Origin: Cycas panzhihuaensis
Taxonomy: Eukaryota; Plantae; Cycadophyta
Length of the DNA: 64,000 nucleotides
Assembly (NCBI GenBank): GCA_023213395.1
Contig: CM041465.1
Coordinates: forward strand, 180,241,741-180,305,740
Direction of reading: 5' to 3'
Below, one piece after another: positions 13,677 through 28,519 of this stretch (position 1 is the first letter of the stretch; each line of letters begins with the position of its first letter). The notes below the pieces were generated by a model. The model ran no database searches and was not told where the DNA came from. It worked only from the letters and a program-made list of their open reading frames with translations. The translations under genes were made by a program, and so were the position numbers.

Positions 13677-14759
13677 TCGCTTGCTATTTTAGTATGTCAT
13701 TTAGTGTGGCTTTTAATGCCTTTTAGTGTCTTTTTGTATTCTTTTTGTGTCCTATCTACCTAGTGGGACTACTAAACTAGCATGCTAAATTTAGAGATCT
13801 CTAAGAAACCCTAGATTACTATTATGTTTAATGGTGCCTACCTACAAATAGGAAAGTAGGGACTCTATATATTGGTATATGAGCTCTAAGCTCTATATAC
13901 CTCAATATGTAGACTACTAAGAACGTGTCGAAGTGGTAACTTTAGGGATCCTAATCGTTCCCCTTACAAGACCGGTAAAGTTTTTTATAGATTAGGAGTT
14001 ATCTTTCTTAATGTTTTGAATTAAAATTAATTTTTAAAATATGATCTTATTTATAAAGAGGGTTCATTTTATAAAATAAAAATAAGGAGACTAAAAAGAA
14101 AATAACTTAAAAGAAATAAGAGGGTTAGGGTGCTCTTTTAATGGACTTTGTTCCAAGTGAAGATCAACCTCCTTCACACAAGAAGGACACCTACAACCGA
14201 GAAAACACAAATACTTGTTAGCCAAAAATAAGATAACATAGCATATAAAAGATATATTAACAATATTTAGCAACTAGATTCTATGCAAAATAAAAATAAG
14301 GCCTTCAATTTATTAAGATAAATATTATTTGTAATCAAACAAAAGTGTCAATTTTAACTACTAAGAATGTTAGCTTGAGGTATAGGCGGGAGGATTATAG
14401 ATGAGTATACAACATTTTGAAGTGAAAATTAATTTTTAAAATTTAAGATGATATTATTAAAAAAACCAGGGAGGTATTTCCCACCTATATATAGATAATT
14501 TTGCAGGTGGTAAGCATCTCGACTTGACCAACATTTAAAATTTAAAAATATATTAAAATATTAAACAATTAATTGAATAACTTACCTATGGCGGTTGTGT
14601 CGACTCTTTGTCACCACTTGGTGGCTATTTGGCGATACTAGGTAGCCCGAGGTATCCTAGGGACTCTTAAGGTGGCATTGAGGGGCCTAAAGTGTACACA
14701 TGCACTAGCAAATTTAATATTATCCCAACACTCTCCTCCATAATAGACAATATGAAGAA

Positions 14760-17700
14760 CCTCTAATTTGTCTCTAAATTTATGAAATTTGATTTTATCC
14801 AATGCTTTGTGAAGATGTCTATTGCTTGGTCTTTGGTGCTACAATATGCCAATTTAATTTCTCTTGCTTGTACTAGTTCTCGAATAAAGTGATATTGCAT
14901 CTCAATATATTTCATTTTATCATGGAAAACTAGGTTTTTGCCATATGTATTATATTGTAATTATTATACGTAATTCTTGTACGCTTTCTGTTTTAGCTGA
15001 AAGTCTTGCAGTAGTCTTATCAACCACACTCTTTCACATGCGGCAGCAACTACTACTTTATATTCTGTTTTGATTGTAGATAGGAAAACTGTATTTTGTT
15101 TCTTAGTGCTCTAAGCTATAAATGCCAGACTAATCTTGAAAATGTAACCTAAAGTTAATTTTCTATCATCAATGTTACTGCCTAATCTAAATCAGATAGC
15201 TTGTCAACCGTAAATTTGATGAAGCTTTATAATATAGCCCATATTCAAGTGCTTTTAAGATAATGAAGAATTCTTTTAGTTACTTACTAATAAGTAGTCT
15301 TTGGGTCTTGCATAAATCTAGATACAACATTGATTTAATGTGTTATGTTTGGTCGAGTGGATGTTAAGTAGATCAAACTACCAATTAATTCTCTATAGAG
15401 TGTAGGATCAATAGGTGTAGAGCCATCTAATTTAGAAAGCTTAATTCATATTTTTAATGGAGTTGCTAATTATTTGTAGTCGGTCCTTATGAACTTTTGT
15501 AGTAGATATAGGGTATATTTCATTTGGAAGATGAAAATGCCATTCTTATCATGCCATACCTCTAAACCTAAGAAGTAATGCATTAATTCAAAATCATCAT
15601 TTCAAATTCTATACATATGGCTTATTTAAAGTTTTAAAAAGATGGGAGTTATTTCCAGTGTAGATAAGATTATCTATGTAAAGTCTCATAATTAGGATAG
15701 ATTCTCCCTTGATTTTGATGTAGAGATTTGGGTCGATTGAGATCTTTCAAAGTCTTAATATCTAAAATATTTATTAATTTAGGAATACTAAACCCTCGAT
15801 GCTTGTTTCAAACCTTAAAATGCCTTTTTGAGTTTGTACACTTTGTTTTCCTCCCTCGACTTTAAAACCAAGGGGTTGAGAGACATAGATATCCTCTTCA
15901 ATATAACCATTGAGGAAAACACTTTTGGCGTCCATTTCATAAACTTTCTATCATATTTGAGTCATTAAACCTATTATTATGCGAAGTATTTCTATTTAAG
16001 CAACAAAAATAAATGTTTCATTGTAATTAATGCCTTCTCTTTGAGCATAACCTTTGGCAACTAATTTATCTTTATATTTATCAATTAATCCATCAAAGCG
16101 AACTTGGTTTTATAGATCCACTTAGTGCCAATTACTCTTTTATTGGGAGGTAAGTTAACCAATTTGTAAGTGTCATTTTTAACAATGGAGTAATATTCAT
16201 CTTCCATTGCTTTTCTCTAAAAGTATGTGTATTGGCCTTATCAAAGGTTTGAGGCTCATGGGATTCCAAAACTTTGCTCATGAGGGAAAAAATTATTCTA
16301 TGTGAGTGAGTGGATCTTTAATTTCTATCCAAAATATTACCTATATCATGGTTCCTTTGAACCCATTTTAGAAGATATTATGGTGGAGGTTGAGAAGAGG
16401 TTCCCTCCCCACTTGGTTCATTAATAACTCATTTAGAGTCAAACAAAAGAGGCACATATTTTGATTTGATAGACTTGTCAAAATTGATTATTACTTCTTC
16501 CCTATTTTCTTATTATCACAATAACAAGCATCTTCTTGAAACTTTACGTCTCTACTCAACATGACCTTCTTTGACTTAGGATCATAAACTTTGTATGATT
16601 TAGAAGTTTCACAATAGCCAAGAAATATGAACTTGACACTATGGTCATCCAACTTAGATCTCCTTGGGTCAAGAACATGTGCATAGGCTAGGCACCCAAA
16701 GACTCTTAAGTGATATATGTTTGGCTTATAGCCTGTCTAAGCTTCTTGAGATGTCTTCCACCTTAGGGCTTTGGTGGAGTACCTATTGAGGAGATAAGCA
16801 AATATATGGACGCTTTCGCTAAAACTCATGGCCCAAGTTTTTATCCTTCAAAGATATACCTTATTATTTCTATAATGGTGCAATTTTTTCTTTCTATTAC
16901 ATCAATTTATTGTGTAGTGTAGAGATTAGTGAGTCGCCTTCTAATCCCATGATGTATATAATATGCCTTAAATTCATTAGAGATGAATTCTCCTCCATTA
17001 TTAAATCTTAGAGAGACAAGTTTATGCCTACTTTGTCACTCTACAAAGGTTTTAAAGTCAACAAAGTATTGAAACACATCATTTAAACTTAAGAAAGAAT
17101 GTCCATGTCTTCCTAGTGTAGTCATCAATGAATATAATGAAATAATATATACCGCTAATGAGGCGACATCCATAGGGCCACGAGATATTTGTATAGACTA
17201 GTTGAAGTGGACCGGTTGCTCGATAACCGAAATCTAGAAAGCTTTCCTATGTTGTTTACCAAGTAAGCATCCCTCACATATGGTTTTATCCACTTCAATG
17301 TTAGATAAACCATTAACCATATCCATTCTTTTCATTAGTTCCAAACTACTATAGTTGAGGTATTTAAATCTCCTATGCCATAAGTCACTATCTAATTTAA
17401 CTGTAGTTCTTAAGGCATAGGTATTCGATAGAGTAAAGACAAGTTTAAACAACCTATCTTTTGTTATTTTGTATTTTGCAATAATTATCTTGTTTTTCCT
17501 CTTGTCTTTAATTGTGTACTTACCATTGTCAAAGATGACCTTATAATCGACCCATTATCCGCCCCTCGATAAAAGATTTTTCTTTAAGATAGGAATATAC
17601 AATATATGATCAAGGTGTCTATACTCTTTTATATCTATCATGAGAGCTATGTTGCCTCTAACTAATTCATGAGATGTATCATCTCTAAACATTAGTGAAC

Positions 17701-18944
17701 CTCTTTTGCTTTTATCCAAGGTATAGAATTGATGCTTCTTATGAGTCATGTGTGTGGAGTAACCTAAGTCAATGTACCAACTATCGCCTTCTTCTTCTTT
17801 GGTATTATAACTAGATAAAGAAAGTCTATTATTATCCCTTGTCTCTATATGGTATTTGTACTCCCTTTAGTGGGTGGTCCATGTTTTAAAAATATTTATC
17901 TTTTATGTGACTACTACGATAACAATCGGAGTAGTATAAGGTCTCTCTTCTCCCATAGCTTAGACTTCAACTGTGGATGAGTTCTTTCAATATAGGAAGG
18001 TCTCCTCCTTTCTCCATAATGTGGAACTGGATTTTTCCTTTGTTTATTTTCATAATAGTCTGATTTGATCTTGTAGCTTGAACATTTCCTTGGTAATTGG
18101 GGCAACATGAATGTGCCTTAAGTTATTTCTCCTTATTTGGATACCTAAGAGGATTAAAATTTCACTAGTTTGCTCCTTGTCTCCTTTGATGAAGAGCTTG
18201 ATATTTAGGTGGATCTTATTGCAAATCCCTTCTAGGATTTCTATCCCTTCTCTTGGGAGGCGATTCTCTAGATTTTGACGTACCCACTTAAGAATGAGAC
18301 TGAATTCTGGCCTTGGTAGCAAAGGCATACTTAAGGGATTCATTTGCATTTTGTTATTCCTCGACTAGCATTAATATGGCACTTAGTTGTTCTACCTTCA
18401 ATGCGCTTAGATCTTTAGAAACCCCTATGCTTATTGCTACCATTTCAAACCTTCTTACAAAGACCTACACATCTCAATATTCTTTCTATTACTCTTTGCT
18501 CTGTCAATGTATCTCTAAGTAATCTCATCTAGTTTACTATGTCTTAGACCTTAGTCATGAATTTTTATTCTGATTCTGTTGGCATCATTCACAAGTTTTC
18601 AAATTTACTCTTTAAGTTTTGAAGCTTAGATGATGCAACTCCTTCAAAAATTAATTGTAGGGTATCCCATGCTTCTTTTAACCTAGTTGACTCACTAACC
18701 CATGGAAAAATATGATCTTCTAATGCACGTAATATAAGGATAAGAGCTTCATTATCCTTTTAACATTTTCTTTATAAGTTACCTTTTTAACGTCGAAGAC
18801 ATTACGGCCTAATTCAATATGGCCTATTTTCATAATCTCTCATATATCATTACCAATAAGGATGGATCTCATCCTCTTACTCTAATTTATAAAATTATTA
18901 CTATCAAATTTAGGGATTACCATGTTTCCAAAGTTTGATGCCAT
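14760..18944 (-). pseudogene. Copia B gag-pol pseudogene
   Basis: gag start MASNFGNMVIPKFDSNNF at 18944. GAG-pre-integrase LWHRRF..CEGCLLGKQHR (ORF 17234-17452), RT MDAKSVFLNG ~15.93 kb, RNase H tail QAIDIFTKH ~14.8 kb. Confidence 0.92.
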
Positions 18945-21200
18945 CTCTTACTTAAAGTTTTAAAACTATAGATAAAGTAAGGTTTTCGGAGGTTTGATTT
19001 TAAAAATTAATCAAGAAGTATTGTTTAATATTTTGGCTAAGGTTTTGTAAATGTCCTAGTCTCTAATAAGGATTCTAGGGCTCTAAGTCTAAGGGTTTCT
19101 AAGGAAACCTTTGATTACTATTCTCTAGTGGCACTTACCCACAAGTGCAAAAATAAGGACCTAATATACCAAGATTTGAGCTCAATGTTTAGTATACCCG
19201 AATATACGATGCTATGAAGGTTGTTACATCCCCTAAATTGTTGGTTCACTTGCACTAGACTTATGCCTAACGACGGATCTAGCGGTGAAGGTTTAACTAA
19301 CCAAAGTACTCACCCTCTCTAGGTCTAACCTTGGTCTTTGAATTCTAATAAAGACTCATTTTCGACCTTAGCACCACCGAATATACCTTATAGACAATGG
19401 CTTTCCTCATCTAATATGAGTAGGCCAATTGGTGTGTGCTTGGTGATAACTTCAGAGCTCTTAACTATTCCCCTTACAAGGTTGGAAAATATGTGGTTAA
19501 TTTGGGAATTATCTTTTAATATGAAAGTAAATTTTAATTGAATGTAGTCTTGCTTAATCTCTTTGGGATTATTTTTATTCAAGAAATGAAACAAAATAAA
19601 TCTTTAAGTAAGATGAAATATATATCTCAAATAAAAATATGATATAAAACTTTATAAAGTTACAATAAACACAAGTAAAAGAATCAAGATACTTTTCTTC
19701 CTTTAATGAACTAAGAAATAAATGCTAATGTGCAATCTAATATTCTTGAGTTGAGATGCTCTTATAGGAATGAAATAAGAGAATGTATGAACTCGTCCAA
19801 AGTAATGTTCTAACTAATGGAATCCTTAATCTTTGGAATGTATAAATAAACTGTGAAATAAAATTGATCGATGAACCTTGTAACTATGCTTTTACAAATT
19901 TTAATTTGAATAACAAATAAATCTTTTGATAAACAGTAAAGTAACTCCTTGACTAATATGCCACTTAATGTTGAAAGATAATGATATTATAATTTGAGTG
20001 TCACATAGTACCTTTATAAGAATGAAAATAAAATAGGTGAATCCTACAATTTTTTAGAAGAAACTATGCTTGAAATGATTAGTAGTACTAAGAAACATTA
20101 TTTATTTGATTGATAATACAAAAATAAAATAAAAATCAAGGTAAATAGTACTTATTGATGTATTACTATACTTAGACTTTTTAATGCTTATGAAGCTAAA
20201 AATTGATGTTAGTAGCTACAAATAGCTTGTAATCTATATGAAAAATCAATAAATGACCCAAGAAATTGATTACTAGTGATTATGCTCAAATATGGTTAAT
20301 TGAAATGAAAAATACTCAAAAATATTACTAAATGAGCATGTTTAGTGTTGAACTAGAGCCTAAAATTGAGCAGCTTCAAAGTCCTACAAAATGATGTCAA
20401 AATAAGATAAGATTGATTCTAATGTGAATAACTAAAACAACTTTCTGACAATTCTTATGGTTTTGAAATCGGAGCTAAAATGATCAAGTTATTGAAAAAA
20501 TGGTGAACATACCTCTTTAAGGATAGTGAAATAAATGTTTAAAAAGTGTTGAATTTGGTTGATTAAAATATAATTGAAAGTTACTGAGTGAAATACGGTT
20601 CCAATGAAGACTAGTTTCCTTTGAAATCGATACTCCAGGAGAAAGTTGCGTGAAAAGTACAAGAAGCCCTCTTTAAGTATAAACAAAATGAAATTTAGAA
20701 AAATATGAATAAGCCCTTTAAGTATGAGGAGTACAACAAGATGGAGATCAATATGGTCATTGGTTTAGTCCTAATGGGGGAGGGGAGGAGGGTTGTGGAA
20801 CTCAAATGATTATCCAAACTAATTTATAGTCTTAAAATAAAAAAATATAAAAATCAATTAAGTGTAATTTGAAATCCACTCCTCAATGAAGCCAAATACT
20901 AAAATCACGTGGATTGAGGAGACTGGGGGCTCAATGCAAGGGGCTAATCTCCTTTTATATGATGAACTCAAAATATTATCAATAACAATTAAATGTTTAT
21001 ATACTATATCAAATAAACATAAAATAAAGTATGTTAAAAAGTTGATTTGAATAAATTGACACCGAATTCGACATGTGTAACATCTCTAAAGATCAACAAA
21101 GGCCAAAAATACAATTATTTGGATCGATTCCAAATGCAAAGAGGAGAGGGACTTAATACTCTAGCCAAATTAATCAAGAACAATTGAAACGAATGAAGAA

Positions 21201-21226
21201 TGTGTGTGTGTGTGTGTGTGTGTGTG
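21201..21226. repeat. (TG)n microsatellite in the leader of B
   Basis: Direct reading. Confidence 0.9.
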
Positions 21227-24200
21227 AATGAGAAGTATGATGTGAACAATAATGGAAACATGAGGTGAAGACAAAGGCTAAAAAACTAGATAGATTTTGA
21301 TTTGAGGATCAACTTGATGTTGCAAGTGGGGCACATCATACTTTTAGCCGATCGAGCACACAATCAATCAAAATCTAGATATTAATATATGTATTTTATA
21401 TATATTAAAGGGAAAAAATGATGTTGAACTAGAGATGGAGAAGAATGACTAACTGAGAGAGGTAAAACAAAGAATAAAGCTTGATATGACCACCGATATT
21501 CACCTAGATGACTTCACGGGGATGCCTAAGGAGTGCAAACTCGATTACAAAAAAAAAAAAACCTTTGTATAAGTCAAAAAATCAATGAAAATGGTGAGCA
21601 AACTCGATGAGGAGACTCAATTGATTCAAACTCTCAACAAAGGGAATCATTTCTCACGCGATTTCGTGGGTAGTTGGGTATGCTAGATGGTAAGGCAATG
21701 GTGAAATTTCATACCAAATAGTTGCTTGTAGGCTCGGAATGAAGCTATTTGGAATAAGATGGACCAAAAATAAAAGGCTATGACTCTAAGGGAAATTTCT
21801 TCCAACAAAATCGTGAAATTATGTGCGGTTTCTTACGGTGGCTAGAGAACTTAATCATGATCGAGCAGTAGTCATATGATACTATTACGATTAGCGTGTG
21901 AGCCACAATCACGAGTTCTAAATCGACTATGAAAAAAGTAAAATATAAACGAATATATATAATATTCTAAAGTTTTAATAATGTTAATGATTAATAATTT
22001 GAAATATCACGTACATACCAAAATTACTGTCATGAAACTTCTAAACCCAAATAAATATGCTCTAATACCAAATGTTGGCTTTGAAGTGTAGAGCGAGAGG
22101 ATTACACATAAGTATACATCATTTTGAAATGCAAAATAAATTCTAAAATGTAAGATGAGAGTTTTAAAAAATACCAGGGAGGTATTCCCCACCTATATAT
22201 AGATAATTTTAAGGAGGCGATAAGCGCCACAACTCGACCAACATTTAAAATTTTAAAAAATATTAAAATATTAAATAATTAATTGAATAACTTACCTGTG
22301 GTGGCTATATCGGCTCTTTGTCATTCTTGGCGACTATTTAACGATGCTAGGTGGCACGAGGTATCCTACGGACTCTCAAGGTGGCATTGAGGGGCCCAAG
22401 GTGCATACATGCACTAGAAAATTAGACTTTATCCCAACAAAGAAACCCTTGAAAAACTACTCAAAACTAAATAAAACTAGCTCCAATATGTAGGTCTTTG
22501 AAAATAGATTCCAACGATTTAGACAATGCTCACATTTGACCTCCTGTTGAAAAGTTATGGTCAAAACAATCAAGGGTATTCCTTATGCGCAAAGAAAACT
22601 AGGTTTAGGTGGATTAAACCCCTTCATCGATTAGCCCCACCTTAATCGGTCTCGCATATGACCACTGTTGGGCTATGAAAAGGCTACTAAAATTAAAACT
22701 ATTATCAAACAACAAATATTTTTTGATTAATCAAAAAAGGTTTAAAATTAACTTATAAAGATTTAGCATCCACCCTTTTAAAATAGACCCTCGATCATAC
22801 GAGGTTCTCTATATGATCACCGCTAGTGATTAGGTGCCTCCCACGTAATTAAGATCATAATGCAATCTACTTAAATTTCCTTAGAACTTTGTAAAAATAA
22901 AATATAAATCAATCAAAGATTTATCACACGGCTCCGTGTGAAAACAAAGAACTAAATGGTGATCAAACTTATTTGAATCTATTACAACTTGATTAAATTG
23001 AGTAAATATATAATAGGATCATTTCTAGACTAATAATGAAACAAAGTAGGATCGATCTAAGTTGAAAATAGGGTCCCCACAGCCTTAATACTCCACCCAC
23101 AAACATATAGCCTCTACGGTGAATGGTGGACAAATGGAGGCCAAGATTCTTTAAAGATTGATTGAAAGGGATTATTATGTAGTTGCGTAATCGTACAATC
23201 TCCCTATGGCTCGGCAAGAGGCAAGTAGGGCACCATACAAACTTGAATGGAAACCACGCAAACTTGCTTTAATAGAGATGGAGACTAAACGATATAAAAC
23301 AACACCAACGGTATCGCTTTTGCTTGAAACTATTTCAATGAGGATAAAGGACTGCTACCAACTAGCAAAACTATAAATGAGAGTTGTTATATGAAGAAAA
23401 CACCCTACAATGGTATCAGATATACTAGAAAATACTAAAATTGATTACAAAATATATAAAAAGAGATGAATAGGGTATCATTATTAACAAATAGGCCATC
23501 ATTTCTCAGTTAAGCTCACACATTGATACCATATCAAATTTATTAATAGGAACTAATAAAAATGTGCATTTAAATATAGCTCAAGCAAACAAAGATTAAT
23601 CATAAAATAAGAAAGTAAATTGCTATAGAAATGCACTATGACTAAATTGGTTATCTGCATCTAAATTTTAAGAGGTTCTCGCATATGAAAACATTCAATA
23701 TATAAGTTAATAGGGTCATGCTTAATTTATAAGCATACAATGCTGAATACAAATGATATAATTAGTCGACTTAGCAATAAAGGTGGCAAACTAGACCAAA
23801 CTATAGATTACATTTAAATTTACAAAGTGGAGGTCACACCGTGATACATAAGTACAAATATATGTAAAATATAATACAATGAAGGACCGTTATATGTTTT
23901 AATAGATAAGTGGAGTGTGGCTATTAAAGTAGATAAAGAAAGGTGGAATGAACCGATATAAGAAACTAGACAAGAACTTGTAATGAAAAGATGTGATAAG
24001 GCAATATAGGACTATGATAATGCAATAAAGGACCGCAGCTTACAATAAAGGACTATGACACTACACTAGAATTTTATAGTACTATGGAAAAACACGTAAT
24101 ATTATACCATAAATTTGTAATGAGAAGATCAAGACTTACAATCATGCAAATCGTAACAAGTATGATTCCACAAAAGAAGATAAAGAGCTAAGAAGCAACT

Positions 24201-24666
24201 ATGTAAAGCAAGATAGAATCTTGTAGTAGTTAACAAGAAAGATTCAATCTTTAAAATAATTAAACAGTGAATTTTCTTTTACTAAAAATTAAAAAAATAA
24301 TTGTAATATTATACCATAAATCTATAATGAGAAGATCAAGATTTACAATCACACAAATCACAATAAGCATGATGCCACAAAGGAATATAAGGAGCTAAGA
24401 AGCAACTATGTAAAGCAAAATAGAAACTTGCAATAACTAGTAAGAAATATTCAATCCTTAAAACAATTGAATAGTGAAACTTTTAAACTAAAATTTGAGA
24501 AAATAAGCTACCACATTTGCATGAAATTTAGTTATATAATAGTGTAAAAAAATAAATTCAAGCATGTATGTTTCCAAATATAATGCAAGAAAGAGGAAAG
24601 ATTAGGTGTGTCTTGTGCAATACTCCTTGAATGATGATCTATTGCTTTGGTTTCAAACTTATAAAA

Positions 24667-27600
24667 GGGAGAGGTTGGCTCATGACCTCATGTCATTTAT
24701 GGTGTGGATCCCCTTTATCCAAATGGGGTTTCCCCTCCTTTAGGAGGCCCCTATGGGCAAAACACACTTCCTCATACATCATTTTATAACACTTCTATTT
24801 ATCCAAAGGTACCCATAGGTGCCTAGCCTAGTCCTTCACCCTACCTACCTATAAGAGTCATGCCTTCAACACCACCACTATCCCAACAACCTTTACAAAC
24901 CTCTTTAGTTCCACCCTACTAGGCCTAACAAGCCCAACCTACTCCTAGTCCCCTAAACATAGGTGATCCCTAAGGGATTCCCTCTCATGTAACAATCTCA
25001 TGCCCTTATGGTAAGCCTAAAAATGGTTAAGGCACTCCCTCAGTTGATCTAACCTTACTAGACCTACTAGTAAGGATAATCCCCTTATGGTATCATCCTA
25101 GGCTAATGGCCCTCACCTCAAGTGGTAACCCTACACTCAACTCAAATAATCCCCTAGCCAAAATTGATACCTCATAGGTTAATCCCTAACCAATAACATT
25201 AGACATGGCAATTGCATACCTCCATTCAATAACCATGCACCATAATATGGAAATCCCACATTAAGTTAGGGTAATACCCTAGCCAACCACACAACCCATT
25301 TTAAGAAAGAAGAAGGAAACAAAGATGAACAATTAAGCCTTTTGTTCTAAGGTGAAGAGTGTAAATTTAATCAAGATTACCATCCTCATACATCGCTTAT
25401 GATCCTCTTTGCACCTATTAGCATGGAGCTATGCATACCTTAGTGTCCTAGCGTTTAGAAATTCATGACAAGGATGTTCATGCACAATGATTAGGTACCA
25501 TTAATTATATTTAGGATATAAATTATCTCATTAGTATACAAGCACCTCTACCTCAAACCCCTCTCGTACTTAACTTTAATCTTGATCCTTTTACATTAGG
25601 CGATAAACCTATTATGGGTGATTCCCCCTCTAATTCCTTGTAATAGATCCTTAGCCCTCCTCTTCTTACATAATCATTTATAAGATCCACTTGAGTGTTC
25701 TTTATAATATACTCAACCTCTATGTTGGGATGACTCTTCAAAAGAGTCCTTAAAAATTATAAACTAGGGGCATGATGATAGTCTTAATACCCTCATATAC
25801 CTTAGGTCAAAGACAAACTAGTCCTAGGTGAAGATAACCCTAAAAATAACAAAGTAGTAATCTCATACCCAACTAGGTTAATCCCCCAATTATTTCCATT
25901 TTATTGAACCTACCAATAGGGGTAGCTCCCCTATGTTTGTACACCCTAAGTAGTAACCCCATACCCCTACATGGCTACCTCATTATCTAGTAGGCAACAC
26001 CCAAAATCCCCTTTGAATTATCAATCACTGGTGGTGTTAAACTATGGTGATCTCACTTAAAATAATGAAGCACTACTTGAATGTCCAATTGAGGTAGTCC
26101 CTAGCCAATGTCATCTTGCCATGTGGAAACCCTACATCTTACAAAAATAGTCCAAAATTTTCCCTAAAGCACCTATCATTAACAAGGATAAACTACGAGA
26201 AGCAACACGAGGCAATCGCTAAGTTATTAATCACTAATGAGGTTAAACTATGGTGATCTTATTTTAAACAAAAACATCCTAAAGGGCAACACACTCCTAG
26301 AAGAAAAATATTAAACTATGAGGCACTACCTCATCATCTAACAAGTAATGCCCAAAAATCCACTTTAAATTTCTAATCACTATTAAGGTTAAATTATGGT
26401 GATCTCACTTCAAATAATGAAGTACCATTTGAATGTCCAGTTGGGGTAGTCCCTTAGTCAATCTTATCTTACCACGTGGCAACCCCACACTCAACAAAAA
26501 TATACCAAAGTTTTCCTCTAAGGCACTAATCACTAACAAGGCCAAACTATGGTAAGTACCATGAGGTACTACCTCATCTCTTAGTAGGAAAAAGCCCAAA
26601 AATTCCATCTAAGTTATCAATTACTAATGAGGTTTAATTATTATGATCTCACTTCAAATAAAAGCATCCTAAAGGGTAGCACCCTCTTTAGAGAAAATTA
26701 TTTTAAAACCTATGAGGCACTACCTCATCATTTAATAGAAATAACCCAAAATTTTCCTCTAAATTAACTAATCATTGATGAGGTTAAACTATGGTGATCT
26801 TAATTCAAACAATGAAGTACCACTTAAATGTCTATATGGGGTAATCCCCCTAACCAATCTATCCTACCATGTGGCAACTCCACACCCAATAGAAAGAGCG
26901 CAATTTTTTCCTCTAAATTGTCGACCACTAAGGACGTTAAACTATGGTGATCCCATCTTTGACACAATTCCATAATGAGTTGAACTCTTTGAAGAGTTCT
27001 AAGACCTCTTGAAACTTTCAAAAATTAATCACAAAGGAAGTTGAATTATGGAAATCCTACCCACAATATGAGAGTACAACCTACCCTTGTCTCGGTCATG
27101 ACTTTAGGGACATTATACTCTATAATAAGTCTAATCTAACTAAGCTCCTCTATAAGCTTAAACTAGAACTTAAACCTTATAATACTTTGAGCAAAACTAT
27201 AAACTACAACCACTCCCCCTCGGTTATATACTTGGGGCCATCCCACTCTACAATGAGTATAAACTTATTATACTCTAAAATGAGGGTAAATTTATATCAC
27301 TCTATAATGAGTATAAACTAGTTGCACTTTATCATAAGTATAAACTACCACTTTCATTCTAGCACCTCTATCATGAGAATACGCTTGCCTACAATGATCC
27401 CTTATGATCCTTTTCATAATAGATGTCTCTATGGATTCTATAGTAGCCTTATAATAGCCTTTTTCAAGCATTTCCAAAGTATTATACTCGAAGAAAACCT
27501 ATACACATAACTTAAATTTACCCAATGGTTTACCCACCAAGGGTTTGTTTTAAGTCCTATCGCACCCTTACTTTCTAAAAGGTTACACTACCATTTTAGA

Positions 27601-28519
27601 TGGTGTGGTTTCCCATGTACTAGTTTATTACTATTGCATTTTCTCAAACCTAACACATCCCCTAGTATGATGACTTTTCAAAAAGAAAAATTGAGAGGAA
27701 AAAAGAATATACCTATATTGCTTTCTTGGTACCCAAGGTAAGTCACATATTGACTTTATCCCCACCTACAATATGCAATTTGGGTCTAAATGTATGGGTC
27801 ATTCATGACCTTTGAATTTAGTTGTTTAGGTTCATTGTGGACTCAATCATGATCAAAACCTATTTGACACTATGAGCATAAAAATATTAACCTTGAGAAC
27901 TTATAGTAATACTAATAACAAGCCACTCATGGGGCATATTCCTAACCCATTTTATAGTCAAAGTTGAGGCCATGAACTTGATGCCCTTCCTCACCGATTG
28001 ATTCCCACACTAGTCCCTATGTTTATGAGATTATCTCTAAGCTACCCTTGCATCCTTATTACATTGATCATCCATGTTGATGGGGGAAGCTATGGAAATT
28101 GTGGATTTTTATTATCGCTTAGATCATTTATAACCGGATAAGCATCTTTCTAACAAATGCTAGAATATACATTTTGCTCTAAAGGATAATCACTAATGAG
28201 GCTAAAATATAACAACCACTTCTTTCAAGCCCATTGATGACATTTGGTTTTTAGCCAATCTCGTCATCTCTCTTTATCGAGATTACTTTAAAATTATCCT
28301 AAACTACATGTTGCTCGAAATAAGCATAGATTATCTAATATACTAGTAGAAGGTTAAACTACTATATAAATTTATATGTACCATCCTCAGTATATCTTCT
28401 CCAAAAGGAAACTCTAATTCATTATGAATTTAAACTAGAACTAACTCTACCATTAGTCTAAATTACTCTCTAGTTTATAGATATCATTCTTAGTATGGTC
28501 TTCCAAAAAGGGTAATCCC
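24667..28519. repeat. Unclassified repeat-rich, probably retroelement-derived region (continues 32990-33123 and 38078-~38650)
   Basis: Recurrent core ATCACTAATGAGGTTAAACTATGGTGATC at ~26023, 26230, 26376, 26620, 26771, 26925, 28189, 38115 and 38376. Higher-order ~370 bp period at 25.97-26.95 kb. No coding domain recognised. Confidence 0.7.

Larger units (their letters stand above)
14368..22439 (-). mobile_element. Ty1/Copia element B nested in the 5' leader of A
   Basis: TSD AAGAA 14363-14367 / 22440-22444. LTRs 14368-14730 and 22073-22439 (TG...CA), PPT 14731-14740, PBS TGGTATTAGAGC 22059-22070. Leader ~3.1 kb. Confidence 0.95.

Noticed and set aside
23411-23421. PBS-like TGGTATCAGA on the + strand within the leader of A
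   Set aside because: No adjoining LTR pair or TSD identified.
25970-26960. CRISPR-like spaced repeats
   Set aside because: Eukaryotic TE context, degenerate repeats, spacers are themselves homologous, and there are no cas genes.
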